DNA of 64,000 nucleotides from a plasmid. Made by a program: the position numbers and the translations under genes. The stretch's first letter is position 1. Each line of letters opens with the position of its first letter. The notes under the pieces were generated by a model that saw only the letters and a list, made by a program, of their open reading frames with translations, was not told the DNA's origin and did no database searches. Positions 31,690 through 46,559 of this stretch are shown one piece after another. Where the stretch lies: the sequence record NZ_CP064116.1. One strand, written 5' to 3'.

Positions 31690-33123
31690 ATGTCTGAATT
31701 TGAATTACTGGCGCAGGATCTGCTTGAGAAAGCAGAAGCGGAAGAACAACTGCGACAGGAAAATGATAAAAAGCTGCTCGGGCAGGTGCTGGAAATCTAT
31801 GACCAGAAGTACGTGGCTGAACTGCTTAGAAAAGTTGGTAAAAATGAGTGGAGTCGCGAGACTCTTAATCGCTGGATTAATGGTAAGTGCTCACCTAAGA
31901 CGCTGACGTTAGCCGAAGAGGAACTTCTACGAAAAATGCTTCCGGAAGCGCCTGCACATCACCCTGACTATGCCTTCCGGTTTATTGACCTGTTTGCTGG
32001 GATTGGAGGTATACGGAAGGGCTTCGAAACCATCGGTGGCCAGTGCGTTTTTACCAGTGAATGGAATAAAGAGGCTGTGCGCACATATAAAGCTAACTGG
32101 TTTAACGATGCTCAGGAACACACTTTCAATCTCGATATTCGTGAAGTCACGCTCAGTGATAAACCTGAAGTACCTGAAAACGATGCCTATGCTTACATTA
32201 ATGAGCATGTGCCGGATCATGATGTACTTCTAGCAGGTTTCCCCTGTCAACCGTTTAGCCTTGCGGGCGTAAGCAAGAAAAACTCGCTCGGGCGCGCGCA
32301 TGGTTTCGAATGTGAGGCTCAGGGAACGCTTTTCTTCGATGTGGCGCGTATTATCCGCGCAAAAAAACCTGCCATCTTTGTTCTTGAAAACGTTAAAAAC
32401 CTGAAGAGCCATGACAAGGGTAAAACCTTTAAAGTCATCATGGATACCCTCGACGAACTGGGCTATGAAGTTGCGGATGCAGCTGAGATGGGCAAAAACG
32501 ATCCTAAAGTTATCGACGGAAAGCACTTTTTACCTCAGCACCGAGAACGTATCGTTTTGGTCGGTTTCCGCCGTGATCTGAACATTCACCAGGGCTTTAC
32601 CCTGCGCGATATTAGTCGTTTTTATCCGGAACAGCGTCCGTCATTTGGCGAACTGCTGGAACCCGTGGTTGACAGCAAATATATACTGACGCCGAAACTC
32701 TGGGAGTATCTCTATAACTACGCCAAAAAGCACGCAGCTAAGGGTAACGGATTCGGTTTTGGCCTCGTTAATCCTGAAAATAAAGAAAGCATTGCCCGTA
32801 CGCTTTCTGCTCGCTATCACAAAGACGGGTCTGAAATTCTGATAGACCGTGGCTGGGATATGGCCACAGGTGAAACAGACTTCGCGAACGAAGAAAATCA
32901 GGCGCATCGGCCCCGCAGGCTGACTCCGCGAGAGTGCGCGCGCCTTATGGGTTTTGAAAAAGTAGATGGCAGGCCTTTTCGCATTCCTGTGTCAGACACT
33001 CAGTCGTACAGGCAGTTCGGTAACTCCGTAGTGGTGCCCGTGTTTGAAGCCGTAGCCAAACTGCTTGAACCTTATATCCTGAAAGCGGTTAATGCCGATT
33101 CGTGCAAGGTTGAACGAATCTGA
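31690..33123 (+). CDS. ecoRIIM: M.EcoRII-type C5-cytosine DNA methyltransferase (Dcm homolog, CCWGG)
   Basis: 477 aa from [12 protein letters not shown]. Motifs [10 protein letters not shown] (I), [11 protein letters not shown] (IV), ENV (VI), QxRxR. Collinear with E. coli Dcm. Confidence 0.9.
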
Positions 33124-33156
33124 TCGCTCCTCCCGGTATTTATGCCGGGAGATAAT

Positions 33157-34371
33157 CTATGGAATATCTGCGTAAAGCCCTGTCAGCTCAGCAATAAACG
33201 CACCTAGCGTCATTAGCTCAGCTCTCACCGCCTCCGGGTATTTTTTGTGCAGAGATGATGGCACGACCAATCTGACACCCGACTCCCGCATCTCCCGATA
33301 TTGAGCCAGAGAAACTCCCTCCTGGAGTGTAAACAGATGCACCTGATGAATTTTATCGGCCTCATTCAGTATCTGACGCCAGCGATCCTTACAGGTAGTC
33401 TTGACTGCCAGCATGCGCAGATTTTCTACGGGAAACTCAGTATCGTGGTAAGCCCCTGCGGAAGGGAAAAGGAAATCGGGTTTTTTATTACCTTCTGTGA
33501 TGGCCTGCGTCGCAAAGTGTCGCAGGCCGTGCTCAATGAATAGATGCTCCAGGTGCAGTTCCAGCGACTTCCCGGCTCTGGATTTACGGCGATTGCTGAC
33601 AGAATTGGCCAGCGCAATAAATTCATCCACAGAGCCAAATCCTTTCCGGATGATATCCAGAACATGCAGTTCCTCAACCAATAGAAATATGTCGTACTCC
33701 ACGCGCCGGCGGTCAAGAAGTTGCTCATCCGGATCAAGGGAATTTTTCACATAATGGCTGGCTGCATACTGAATAATTTCACTTCCCGACGGAAAGCGCA
33801 GGTGCCAGTCTTCAGGTAGAATATATTTATGATTTACTGGCGCTTGCTGTAGAGATAGTCCGCCTAGAATCTGTCCTGCGGGGCCGGATATAAGCGCTCC
33901 GGGTATAACTTCACCAATAGCGGTCTCAATGACGTCCTCTTCATCAGTGCTGGCGCATACCCAAATATTTACTTCCTTACAGTCCCCCCCTTGCTCATCA
34001 AGCTTGAAAGCCAGGAGCGTCAGAGCCCCTGTATTTTCAGGATCCTGAAGTGGGCTGCCTCTACCCCAGCGGGTAATCCTTTTTTCATTCCGGGTTTTAC
34101 CAAAATGACGGCTGTTATAATAAATTGCCCTGGCTTCGCTGTCAGGGCAATCATGCGATGACACATGTGCGGTGAGAAAAACCGAAGGGTTCAGTTCACG
34201 GGTATGGTTGATAGACGGAAAGAGTTTTTCAACGATACCTGAAGGGATATAAAGCCCTACCTGGTGACCACCTGTTGCGCCGGTATCGTTGGCGGAAAGG
34301 CGTTTGATGTAGACGAAGTAATTCTCACATGCGATCTCAAGTAGCCAGTTGTGGAAAACCGACATAAGCAT
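33157..34371 (-). CDS. ecoRIIR: EcoRII restriction endonuclease (type IIE, CCWGG)
   Basis: 404-aa protein (M)SVFHNWLLEIACENYFVYIKRLSANDTGATGGHQVGLYIPSG... recognised as R.EcoRII. Convergent with its methylase. Confidence 0.85.
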   Translation of the reverse strand: MLMSVFHNWLLEIACENYFVYIKRLSANDTGATGGHQVGLYIPSGIVEKLFPSINHTRELNPSVFLTAHVSSHDCPDSEARAIYYNSRHFGKTRNEKRITRWGRGSPLQDPENTGALTLLAFKLDEQGGDCKEVNIWVCASTDEEDVIETAIGEVIPGALISGPAGQILGGLSLQQAPVNHKYILPEDWHLRFPSGSEIIQYAASHYVKNSLDPDEQLLDRRRVEYDIFLLVEELHVLDIIRKGFGSVDEFIALANSVSNRRKSRAGKSLELHLEHLFIEHGLRHFATQAITEGNKKPDFLFPSAGAYHDTEFPVENLRMLAVKTTCKDRWRQILNEADKIHQVHLFTLQEGVSLAQYREMRESGVRLVVPSSLHKKYPEAVRAELMTLGAFIAELTGLYADIP

Positions 34372-34425
34372 CCCCTGTTACCCTGAAACTCTACTCACCA
34401 TTTTTTCATGATTATATACAAACAG

Positions 34426-34548
34426 TGTCATTTTCAGAAGACGACTGCACCAGTTGATTGGGCGTAATGGCTGTTGTGCAGCCAGCTCCTGACAGTTCAA
34501 TATCAGAAGTGATCTGCACCAATCTCGACTATGCTCAATACTCGTGTG
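34426..34548. repeat. 123-bp copy of integron IRt-end sequence; perfect inverted copy at 35458-35580 on the other side of IS6100
   Basis: The two 123-bp arms are exact reverse complements, the In4-type arrangement around IS6100. Confidence 0.8.
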
Positions 34549-34577
34549 CACCAAAGCGAGGTGAGCATGGCGACGGA

Positions 34578-35457
34578 GGCTCTGTTGCAAAGATTGGCGG
34601 CAGTCAGAGGTAGGCTGTCGCTCTGCGCCGATCAGGCGGCTGCTGCGAAATGGTGGTTGAGCATGCCCATGGCCTCCGTCAGCGCCGAGGGCCCAATGCC
34701 AAAAGCTCTCTCCACAAGGCGCACCTCGCCCCTGATGCCGGGCTGCAGGCACCAGGGGCGAGCCTGTCCTTTGCGCAGGGCTCGCATGACTTCGAATCCC
34801 TTGATCGTGGCATAGGCCGTGGGGATCGATTTGAAACCGCGCACCGGCTTGATCAGTATCTTGAGCTTTCCGTGATCGGCCTCGATCACGTTATTGAGAT
34901 ACTTCACCTGCCGGTGGGCCGTCTCCCGGTCCAGCTTTCCTTCGCGCTTCAATTCGGTGATCGCTGCACCATAGCTCGGCGCTTTGTCGGTATTGAGCGT
35001 GGCAGGCTTTTCCCAGTGCTTCAGGCCTCGCAGGGCCTTGCCCAGGAACCGCTTCGCTGCCTTGGCGCTGCGGGTCGGCGACAGGTAGAAATCGATCGTG
35101 TCGCCCCGCTTGTCGACTGCCCGGTACAGGTAGGTCCACTTGCCCCGCACCTTGACGTAGGTTTCATCCAGGCGCCAGCTCGGATCAAAGCCACGCCGCC
35201 AGAACCAGCGCAGCCGCTTCTCCATCTCCGGGGCGTAGCACTGGACCCAGCGATAGATCGTCGTATGGTCGACCGAAATGCCGCGTTCCGCCAGCATTTC
35301 CTCAAGGTCGCGATAGCTGATCGGATAGCGACAATACCAGCGCACCGCCCACAGGATCACATCACCCTGGAAATGGCGCCACTTGAAATCCGTCATCGTT
35401 CCGTCCGTCCAATCTCCGCCAAGCATGCTCAAGCTTCACGATTTTTGCAACAGAGCC
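34578..35457 (-). mobile_element. IS6100: IS6100 (880 bp, GGCTCTGTTGCAAA ends)
   Basis: Both terminal repeats found. IS6-family transposase at 34632-35396. Confidence 0.9.
34632..35396 (-). CDS. IS6100 transposase (IS6 family)
   Basis: MTDFKWRHFQGDVILWAVRWYCRYPISYRDLEEMLAERGISVDHTTIYRWVQ... (254 aa from the internal Met). Confidence 0.9.
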   Translation of the reverse strand: MTDFKWRHFQGDVILWAVRWYCRYPISYRDLEEMLAERGISVDHTTIYRWVQCYAPEMEKRLRWFWRRGFDPSWRLDETYVKVRGKWTYLYRAVDKRGDTIDFYLSPTRSAKAAKRFLGKALRGLKHWEKPATLNTDKAPSYGAAITELKREGKLDRETAHRQVKYLNNVIEADHGKLKILIKPVRGFKSIPTAYATIKGFEVMRALRKGQARPWCLQPGIRGEVRLVERAFGIGPSALTEAMGMLNHHFAAAA

Positions 35458-35538
35458 CACACGAGTATTGAGCATAGTCGAGATTGGTGCAGATCACTTC
35501 TGATATTGAACTGTCAGGAGCTGGCTGCACAACAGCCA

Positions 35539-35814
35539 TTACGCCCAATCAACTGGTGCAGTCGTCTTCTGAAAATGACAATCGTGCCACCGGCTCCAGG
35601 TCTTATCGAACAGCTCAGACACATGGTCCAAATGCTGGTCGATCCGTTCGGCCAGTTTTTCGATGGCCTCTTGCTTGAGCTTGTCACTTTCCCTGAACTC
35701 GATGTTCAAGGCCCTGGCCACCTGGTTGAGGTTCCGGCCGATAGCTCCAAGCTGCCGGCACGATTCCCGTACGGTGTTCACTTCTTCATCAGTGAGGACC
35801 GGCATCCGGTTCAA
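35539..35814 (-). CDS. mobC: truncated MobC-like mobilisation protein (91 aa), part of the mobC-IS6100 module found with dfrA14 integrons
   Basis: Small helical protein sitting between a dfrA cassette and IS6100 in place of a 3'-conserved segment. Matches the reported In191-type layout. Confidence 0.5.
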   Translation of the reverse strand: MNRMPVLTDEEVNTVRESCRQLGAIGRNLNQVARALNIEFRESDKLKQEAIEKLAERIDQHLDHVSELFDKTWSRWHDCHFQKTTAPVDWA

Positions 35815-36025
35815 CGACCGCAGTCATTTCTGTACCTAAACAGTCCTGCGAATATGTGAGTTTTGACCTAATGAGCCACAAAAACTCATTTTCGCCCACG
35901 ATAATTTTTCTACTTCCTTTCTTTGGAATGCTCATTTCAATATTCACATAACGTCGCTATCAATCGCGGAAAAGGCGTAGTGCGCGAAGCGAACGAAGCT
36001 TTTTGCCGTCGATTGCATAGCTTTG

Positions 36026-36499
36026 TTAACCCTTTTTCCAAATTTGATAGCAATAGTTAATGTTTGAAGTAAAGTGTTGCTCAAAAACAACTTCGAAGGT
36101 ATTTGGAATACTCGGGAAGAAAACATCCCCCTCTGGCTCGATGTCGATCGTCGATAAGTGGAGCGTAGAGGCCATGGGTAATGTTTCTCGGTAAATTTCT
36201 CCGCCACCAGACACTATAACGTGACCGGTGAATTCAGCTAGCCTGTCCATGGCCTCTTCGATTGACTGAAATACAACTACATTGTCATCATTTGATGTCC
36301 AACCTGAGCGGGTAACGACCGCGTATTTCCTATTGGGGAGTGCGCCCATAGATTCAAACGTCTTGCGACCCACCAGAAGCCACTGATTGTAGGTCAATGC
36401 TTTAAAAAGTAGCTGCTCCCCTTTCGCGGACCAGGGTATGTCTGGACCGCAACCAATCACGCCGTTTTTCGCTTTCGCAGCCATCAATGATACTTTCAA
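36026..36499 (-). CDS. dfrA14: trimethoprim-resistant dihydrofolate reductase, dfrA14-type cassette (TTG start)
   Basis: 157-aa DfrA ([48 protein letters not shown]...). It is the first cassette at attI1. The allele call rests on the mobC-IS6100 context. Confidence 0.7.
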   Translation of the reverse strand: MKVSLMAAKAKNGVIGCGPDIPWSAKGEQLLFKALTYNQWLLVGRKTFESMGALPNRKYAVVTRSGWTSNDDNVVVFQSIEEAMDRLAEFTGHVIVSGGGEIYRETLPMASTLHLSTIDIEPEGDVFFPSIPNTFEVVFEQHFTSNINYCYQIWKKG

Positions 36500-36508
36500 G
36501 GTTCTCAT

Positions 36509-36654
36509 CCTGGGTTAACTTTGTTTTAGGGCGACTGCCCTGCTGCGTAACATCGTTGCTGCTCCATAACATCAAACATCGACCCACGGCGTAACGCGCT
36601 TGCTGCTTGGATGCCCGAGGCATAGACTGTACAAAAAAACAGTCATAACAAGCC
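36509..36654. promoter_or_regulatory. attI1: attI1 recombination site and Pc/PintI1 promoter region of the class 1 integron
   Basis: Interval between divergent intI1 and the first cassette (gttatggagcagcaacgatgttacgcagcagggcagtcgccctaaaacaaagttaaccc). Confidence 0.75.
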
Positions 36655-37668
36655 ATGAAAACCGCCACTGCGCCGTTACCACCGCTGCGTTCGGTCAAGG
36701 TTCTGGACCAGTTGCGTGAGCGCATACGCTACTTGCATTACAGTTTACGAACCGAACAGGCTTATGTCCACTGGGTTCGTGCCTTCATCCGTTTCCACGG
36801 TGTGCGTCACCCGGCAACCTTGGGCAGCAGCGAAGTCGAGGCATTTCTGTCCTGGCTGGCGAACGAGCGCAAGGTTTCGGTCTCCACGCATCGTCAGGCA
36901 TTGGCGGCCTTGCTGTTCTTCTACGGCAAGGTGCTGTGCACGGATCTGCCCTGGCTTCAGGAGATCGGAAGACCTCGGCCGTCGCGGCGCTTGCCGGTGG
37001 TGCTGACCCCGGATGAAGTGGTTCGCATCCTCGGTTTTCTGGAAGGCGAGCATCGTTTGTTCGCCCAGCTTCTGTATGGAACGGGCATGCGGATCAGTGA
37101 GGGTTTGCAACTGCGGGTCAAGGATCTGGATTTCGATCACGGCACGATCATCGTGCGGGAGGGCAAGGGCTCCAAGGATCGGGCCTTGATGTTACCCGAG
37201 AGCTTGGCACCCAGCCTGCGCGAGCAGCTGTCGCGTGCACGGGCATGGTGGCTGAAGGACCAGGCCGAGGGCCGCAGCGGCGTTGCGCTTCCCGACGCCC
37301 TTGAGCGGAAGTATCCGCGCGCCGGGCATTCCTGGCCGTGGTTCTGGGTTTTTGCGCAGCACACGCATTCGACCGATCCACGGAGCGGTGTCGTGCGTCG
37401 CCATCACATGTATGACCAGACCTTTCAGCGCGCCTTCAAACGTGCCGTAGAACAAGCAGGCATCACGAAGCCCGCCACACCGCACACCCTCCGCCACTCG
37501 TTCGCGACGGCCTTGCTCCGCAGCGGTTACGACATTCGAACCGTGCAGGATCTGCTCGGCCATTCCGACGTCTCTACGACGATGATTTACACGCATGTGC
37601 TGAAAGTTGGCGGTGCCGGAGTGCGCTCACCGCTTGATGCGCTGCCGCCCCTCACTAGTGAGAGGTAG
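36655..37668 (+). CDS. intI1: class 1 integron integrase IntI1 (337 aa, apparently intact)
   Basis: [53 protein letters not shown]... ending ALPPLTSER. Confidence 0.95.
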
Positions 37669-37675
37669 GGCAGCG

Positions 37676-38495
37676 GGCACTGTTGCAAATAGTCGGTGGT
37701 GATAAACTTATCATCCCCTTTTGCTGATGGAGCTGCACATGAACCCATTCAAAGGCCGGCATTTTCAGCGTGACATCATTCTGTGGGCCGTACGCTGGTA
37801 CTGCAAATACGGCATCAGTTACCGTGAGCTGCAGGAGATGCTGGCTGAACGCGGAGTGAATGTCGATCACTCCACGATTTACCGCTGGGTTCAGCGTTAT
37901 GCGCCTGAAATGGAAAAACGGCTGCGCTGGTACTGGCGTAACCCTTCCGATCTTTGCCCGTGGCACATGGATGAAACCTACGTGAAGGTCAATGGCCGCT
38001 GGGCGTATCTGTACCGGGCCGTCGACAGCCGGGGCCGCACTGTCGATTTTTATCTCTCCTCCCGTCGTAACAGCAAAGCTGCATACCGGTTTCTGGGTAA
38101 AATCCTCAACAACGTGAAGAAGTGGCAGATCCCGCGATTCATCAACACGGATAAAGCGCCCGCCTATGGTCGCGCGCTTGCTCTGCTCAAACGCGAAGGC
38201 CGGTGCCCGTCTGACGTTGAACACCGACAGATTAAGTACCGGAACAACGTGATTGAATGCGATCATGGCAAACTGAAACGGATAATCGGCGCCACGCTGG
38301 GATTTAAATCCATGAAGACGGCTTACGCCACCATCAAAGGTATTGAGGTGATGCGTGCACTACGCAAAGGCCAGGCCTCAGCATTTTATTATGGTGATCC
38401 CCTGGGCGAAATGCGCCTGGTAAGCAGAGTTTTTGAAATGTAAGGCCTTTGAATAAGACAAAAGGCTGCCTCATCGCTAACTTTGCAACAGTGCC
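37676..38495 (+). mobile_element. IS26: IS26 copy 3, abutting the 3' end of intI1 (IRi lost)
   Basis: Exact IS26 ends. tnp26 at 37721-38443. Confidence 0.95.
37721..38443 (+). CDS. tnp26: IS26 transposase Tnp26
   Basis: Identical 240-aa sequence. Confidence 0.95.
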   Translation: MLMELHMNPFKGRHFQRDIILWAVRWYCKYGISYRELQEMLAERGVNVDHSTIYRWVQRYAPEMEKRLRWYWRNPSDLCPWHMDETYVKVNGRWAYLYRAVDSRGRTVDFYLSSRRNSKAAYRFLGKILNNVKKWQIPRFINTDKAPAYGRALALLKREGRCPSDVEHRQIKYRNNVIECDHGKLKRIIGATLGFKSMKTAYATIKGIEVMRALRKGQASAFYYGDPLGEMRLVSRVFEM

Positions 38496-38911
38496 CGTTT
38501 TTCCGATGTGCCGAAATGCCCGCTTACCAGGGTGTGCAGCTCATTCAGAATATAATCATACATCTGATAATGCGCTTTCCACGGCTCCTGTGTGGCATTG
38601 ACATAAAACCCGGCACCCTGGCCGAGATCGTACTCTTTATCATCCGCCACCTGACTGCCGCGCGGACTGGTATCCGGCGCGACAATCACCAGGCCGTGTT
38701 CCGCTGCGTAACGCTGTGCCCCGGCTTTGGTGATAAAATTCTGCTCGTTGCAGGTCAGCCCGGAAAGCCAGTACAGCACAGGACATTTCTCTGTTTTTGC
38801 CTGCGGCGGCAGAAACACGGAAAAAGTCATCGGCGTGCCGGTCACCGCAGAGTGGTGACGCCAGACTTCCTGGCTGCCGCCGAAACAGACGTGATGTTCA
38901 ATCCGTTCCAT
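38496..38911 (-). pseudogene. frmB: 5' part (first ~139 codons) of S-formylglutathione hydrolase FrmB, 3' end removed by IS26
   Basis: [12 protein letters not shown]...[41 protein letters not shown]... is collinear with the FrmB/YeiG N-terminus. Confidence 0.8.
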
Positions 38912-38932
38912 AGTATCTCCCTGAATACGTTA

Positions 38933-41321
<2,389 letters not shown>

Positions 41322-41337
41322 TTTTCAGATCCTGTGT

Positions 41338-41395
41338 TAATTCCCTATCATTGATAGAGTTGGAATATATCCCTATCAATGATAGAGTGTCAATC
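41338..41395. promoter_or_regulatory. tetO: tandem tet operators (TCCCTATCATTGATAGAG / CCCTATCAATGATAGAG) in the tetA-tetR intergenic region
   Basis: Two palindromic TetR operators seen directly. Confidence 0.85.
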
Positions 41396-41398
41396 TGA

Positions 41399-42828
<1,430 letters not shown>

Positions 42829-43524
42829 CGCAAACTTAATGTACTGGGTATCAGGACCGCGCTCGATCTGGCCCTGACGAACCCGGCCTTTATACGCAAA
42901 AATTTCTCCGTCGTTCTCGAGCGAACAGTACGCGAACTGAACGGGGAAAGCTGCATGTCGCTTGAGGAAGCACCACCGACGAAACAGCAGATCGTCTGCA
43001 GCCGCAGCTTTGGAGAGAAAATCACGGAGTACGATTCGCTCCGCCAGGCTGTCTGTCAGTACGCAGAGCGGGCCTCTGAAAAGCTGCGGAAAGAGCGCCA
43101 GTACTGCCGGCATATTTCCGTTTTCATCAAAACGTCTCCGTTCGCCGTTAAAGAGCCTTACTACGGCAACGTGGCCACGGAGAAACTGCTTACACCCACT
43201 CAGGACACCCGGGACATTATTGCGGCCGCCACAACGGCTCTGGAGCGTATCTGGAAGGATGGGCACCTGTATGCCAAAGCCGGTGTGATGCTGAATGACT
43301 TCACCGGCTCCGGCGTTTCGCAGCTGCAGCTGTTCGACGAACGTCCGCCACGTCCTCACAGCTCTGAGCTGATGAAGGTTCTCGATGGCATTAATCATTC
43401 CGGTCTGGGACAGATCTGGTTTGCCGGGCGAGGGATAGCGCCATCATGGCAAATGAAACGCGATATGCTCTCCCCTGCGTACACCACCCGCTGGAAAGAT
43501 ATTCCCGTTGCGAGGATCAGATAA
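42829..43524 (+). pseudogene. umuC: 3' portion of a umuC/mucB-family error-prone polymerase gene, 5' end removed by IS26
   Basis: KLNVLGIRTALDLALTNPAFIRKNFSVVLERTVRELNGESCMSLEEAPPTKQQIVCSRSFGEKI... is collinear with the UmuC C-terminal half. Confidence 0.8.
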
Positions 43525-43700
43525 ATTCTGCTTTTCTGAGAGAGCCAGTAGTGCTCGCCGCAGCCGAACGACAGGGCGAAGCCCGCGAGTGAGCGAGGAA
43601 GCACCAGGGAACAAAACGAACATAATCTTCTTACGCACCTAATACAGGAATCACAGTAACAATCTCAAAATCTGTATTGTGATAGAAACAGCTGAATAGA

Positions 43701-43960
43701 GTGGGACCATGGTCCCAGTTAAATCCGGCGTGTGGAATCGATATTCCAGACGGGGTTGAAGGATGAGTTCTGACACGCAAGTAGGAGGTGGGACCGTGGT
43801 CCCAGTTAAATCCGGCGTGTGGAATCGATATTCCAAGCGGGCTTGACGGGTGAGTTCTGACACGCAAGTAGGAAGTGGGACCGTGGTCCCAGTTAATCTG
43901 GTGTATGAAATCAGTATTCCGGGATGGGTTACCGTCTGAGTTCTGATATGCAGGTTGAGG
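43701..43960. repeat. sopC: sopC-like partition site: three 87-bp direct repeats each containing the palindrome TGGGACC(A/G)TGGTCCCA
   Basis: Repeat units start at 43701, 43788 and 43875. The palindrome matches the F sopC SopB-binding motif. Lies downstream of sopAB. Confidence 0.8.
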
Positions 43961-44173
43961 GGTGAACTGCGGAACTAGTTAAGGAAAACTAGAAAAAACT
44001 GGATCTTTAGATTGTGGTAACAATCAGGTTGGGAGAAGTAAACAGATCTTTTTAACAACACTGGGCTATAGTGCAGAAAATAACTGCTTCGGATGTATAT
44101 ATTCCGAAGCAGCATGTAACGCATTAAGGATATTGGAAATTAATGAAGACTCTCGCGTGTATCATTAAACAGG

Positions 44174-45139
44174 CTAAACTTTTTGTAAGTCGCGCAGTAT
44201 GCTTTCTATCTTCTCGATACACTCGGCAGGCAAACGAGATTTATCGAGATTAAAAATCACCTTATCGCCTTTGTATAGGGCTGTCGCACCAGGTACAAAT
44301 TGATGACGGGTATTAAGGTTTACTTTTTTACCTGATGGCTCTTTCAGAACATCCGTCAGTAAACCAATAACTTCCTCGGATTCAAAGATAACTCCCGCTT
44401 TCTTTTGCTCATGAAGCTGTTGTGTCCGTTGCAACAATAAAGCTTCTTTTCCCGAAAATGCTTTGTACAGCGTCTCCCCAGAGCGGGCGGAAAGTTCACC
44501 AGGATGAGTAAACAGGGCAACCACTGATTTTGGCAAATGGGCCGTGTTGATGCAACGCGTGATGATTTTACGGGAAATATTCTCAGCTTCAGCCAGAGCA
44601 GAGATATTGCCGTTAAAATCATTTTCCAACCGCTGTGCATAACGGTTGCCCCGTTCATAAGCGCTGACAGGACGATAATCATTACCCAGCCGTGATAAAG
44701 CCATCATCTGTTCGTCATCGAGATCCCCGACGAGAACACGATAATCTGATGATGTCAGTATGGCGGCTTTACGACGGCGACTACCATCAGCAATTTCAAT
44801 GACACCTTCTACCCTTCGTCCGAACGCAGGCGTCTGTTGACCACTCAGCATAAAAGAGGGAATCAGATCATCAAGCGCGTCTTCGGTCAGTAGTTCCTGG
44901 TCACGTTCATTACCTGACCAGACTCTTGATGCCGTCTCAACACTCTCGCCCGGGATCGCTTCCAGAATAAATTTCACTTCCCGGCCACAAACCGGAAGCA
45001 GAATGGTATTCCCGCGGGCCATGGCTCCAACCCGTGCAATTAATGAATCAACCATCGGTGCAGCGGGTGCCGCTGAAGGTTCAGTTTCGGGGCGGATATC
45101 TTTTACGGTATGTTTTGGAATGACTGGTGCACGTTTCAT
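44174..45139 (-). CDS. sopB: SopB/ParB-family partition protein
   Basis: 321 aa. A ParB-like HTH region is present. Overlaps the sopA stop by 1 nt. Confidence 0.85.
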   Translation of the reverse strand: MKRAPVIPKHTVKDIRPETEPSAAPAAPMVDSLIARVGAMARGNTILLPVCGREVKFILEAIPGESVETASRVWSGNERDQELLTEDALDDLIPSFMLSGQQTPAFGRRVEGVIEIADGSRRRKAAILTSSDYRVLVGDLDDEQMMALSRLGNDYRPVSAYERGNRYAQRLENDFNGNISALAEAENISRKIITRCINTAHLPKSVVALFTHPGELSARSGETLYKAFSGKEALLLQRTQQLHEQKKAGVIFESEEVIGLLTDVLKEPSGKKVNLNTRHQFVPGATALYKGDKVIFNLDKSRLPAECIEKIESILRDLQKV

Positions 45140-46305
45140 TATCTGATCTCCCAGCGAGGTTTAATCAGGCGATCAAAAATTTCATTACAGACAGGCTCCC
45201 AGATAGACAGCGCATTTCGCCAGGCTCCTGTAGATGAGCGCTGATCGATAGCCTGCTCAAACACCGTTCTCATACGGATCTGACCTTTACCGACTTCGTC
45301 GGTCTCGCGAACAACGTTTTTCAGTACCATGCTTCCCCAGGCATCGCGGATCTGTTCTTCCATCCAGGGTGACTGTGAGCCATTGTTATTGCTGTACTTG
45401 GTCAGAAGAATTCTAACGTCAGGTTCAAAACCCTGCAGGTCCACGTTTTTTAACAGGTCGCGCAGCATGTCAAAAAACTGAAGGGCAGAGGTGTAATCAA
45501 ATAACTCTGCTGGCGTTGGCACGATGAGTACATCTGCAGCACAGACGACATTGATGGTACCAATACCGAGGTTCGGTGCACTGTCGATAACAATGACATC
45601 ATAATCATGGGCCACTGTTTCGATGGCCAGGCGAAGCATCATATGAGGTTCTGTCGGCAGTTTCCCGTTGTCAAACCTTCCCATTAGTTCTGTCTCAATG
45701 CGGTGCAGAGCCAGGCATGAAGGTATGATGTCGAGACCCGGCCAGCAGGTGGCTTTGACGGCATAGGCTGCATCATCGCGCTCACCAAGATAAAAAGGCA
45801 GCAGTGTGTCTTCGGCATGGATATGCAAATCAGGGACCCAGCCGTGGTACATGGAGGCTGTGCCTTGAGGATCGTTCCCTTCGACAAGCAGTACTCGCAG
45901 CCCTTTCAGCGCCAGGTCCTGTGCCAAATGTACAGATACAGATGTCTTATAGACACCCCCTTTATGTGCTGCCACCGCGATGACGGGCGGAACGCTGTCA
46001 TCAGGACGGCGCAGACGGGTGCCAAATACATCCCGCATATGGTTGATTTGTTCAATGGTGTAGCCCACCCGCTGCTCTACACGTCCACGCATTTCCATAT
46101 CAGGATGGGGAAGGCGTCCTGCTTTTTCTGCATCACGGATTGCCTGAGAAGAAACGCCAATCAGATCGGCGGCCTCACCCACACGCCAGCGACGGGTAAT
46201 TTTCCTGGCTTCCGGGCTATCATCGTTAAACTGTGCAATCGCGATAGCTTTCGTCATTTCATGACCGGCCGTAATGCACTGGTCAAGCGTTTCCATCAGT
46301 CCCAT
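45139..46305 (-). CDS. sopA: SopA/ParA Walker-type partition ATPase
   Basis: 388 aa, nearly collinear with F SopA ([21 protein letters not shown] Walker A'). Confidence 0.9.
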   Translation of the reverse strand: MGLMETLDQCITAGHEMTKAIAIAQFNDDSPEARKITRRWRVGEAADLIGVSSQAIRDAEKAGRLPHPDMEMRGRVEQRVGYTIEQINHMRDVFGTRLRRPDDSVPPVIAVAAHKGGVYKTSVSVHLAQDLALKGLRVLLVEGNDPQGTASMYHGWVPDLHIHAEDTLLPFYLGERDDAAYAVKATCWPGLDIIPSCLALHRIETELMGRFDNGKLPTEPHMMLRLAIETVAHDYDVIVIDSAPNLGIGTINVVCAADVLIVPTPAELFDYTSALQFFDMLRDLLKNVDLQGFEPDVRILLTKYSNNNGSQSPWMEEQIRDAWGSMVLKNVVRETDEVGKGQIRMRTVFEQAIDQRSSTGAWRNALSIWEPVCNEIFDRLIKPRWEIR

Positions 46306-46559
46306 TCTTTGTTCCTTATTATTATCTTTGCATTAATCTATTAAATCTTGGTAAAAGGCGCAAAGCAACATTAAAGTTGCAAACCGTCTTAAATATTGCA
46401 AAGCCGATCAAAATATAGTCTTGTTCAGTTCAGCATCCGCCTGAAAGGCTGCCGCATGCTTCAGTCAATATCATCCGCTCGCCGCAGAAAGTATGCGCGC
46501 GTAGGCGCATGCGTCGAGGAAGCGGAATTACTCCGTACTAACAAGGTGTGGCTGACGCT

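Noticed and set aside
34650-35471. 273-aa ORF antisense to IS6100 transposase
   Set aside because: Antisense frame inside a well-defined IS. Low-complexity.
43701-43960. Possible CRISPR array (direct repeats)
   Set aside because: Only three 87-bp units with an internal palindrome identical to the sopC SopB-binding motif, and no spacers of unique sequence. This is a partition centromere.
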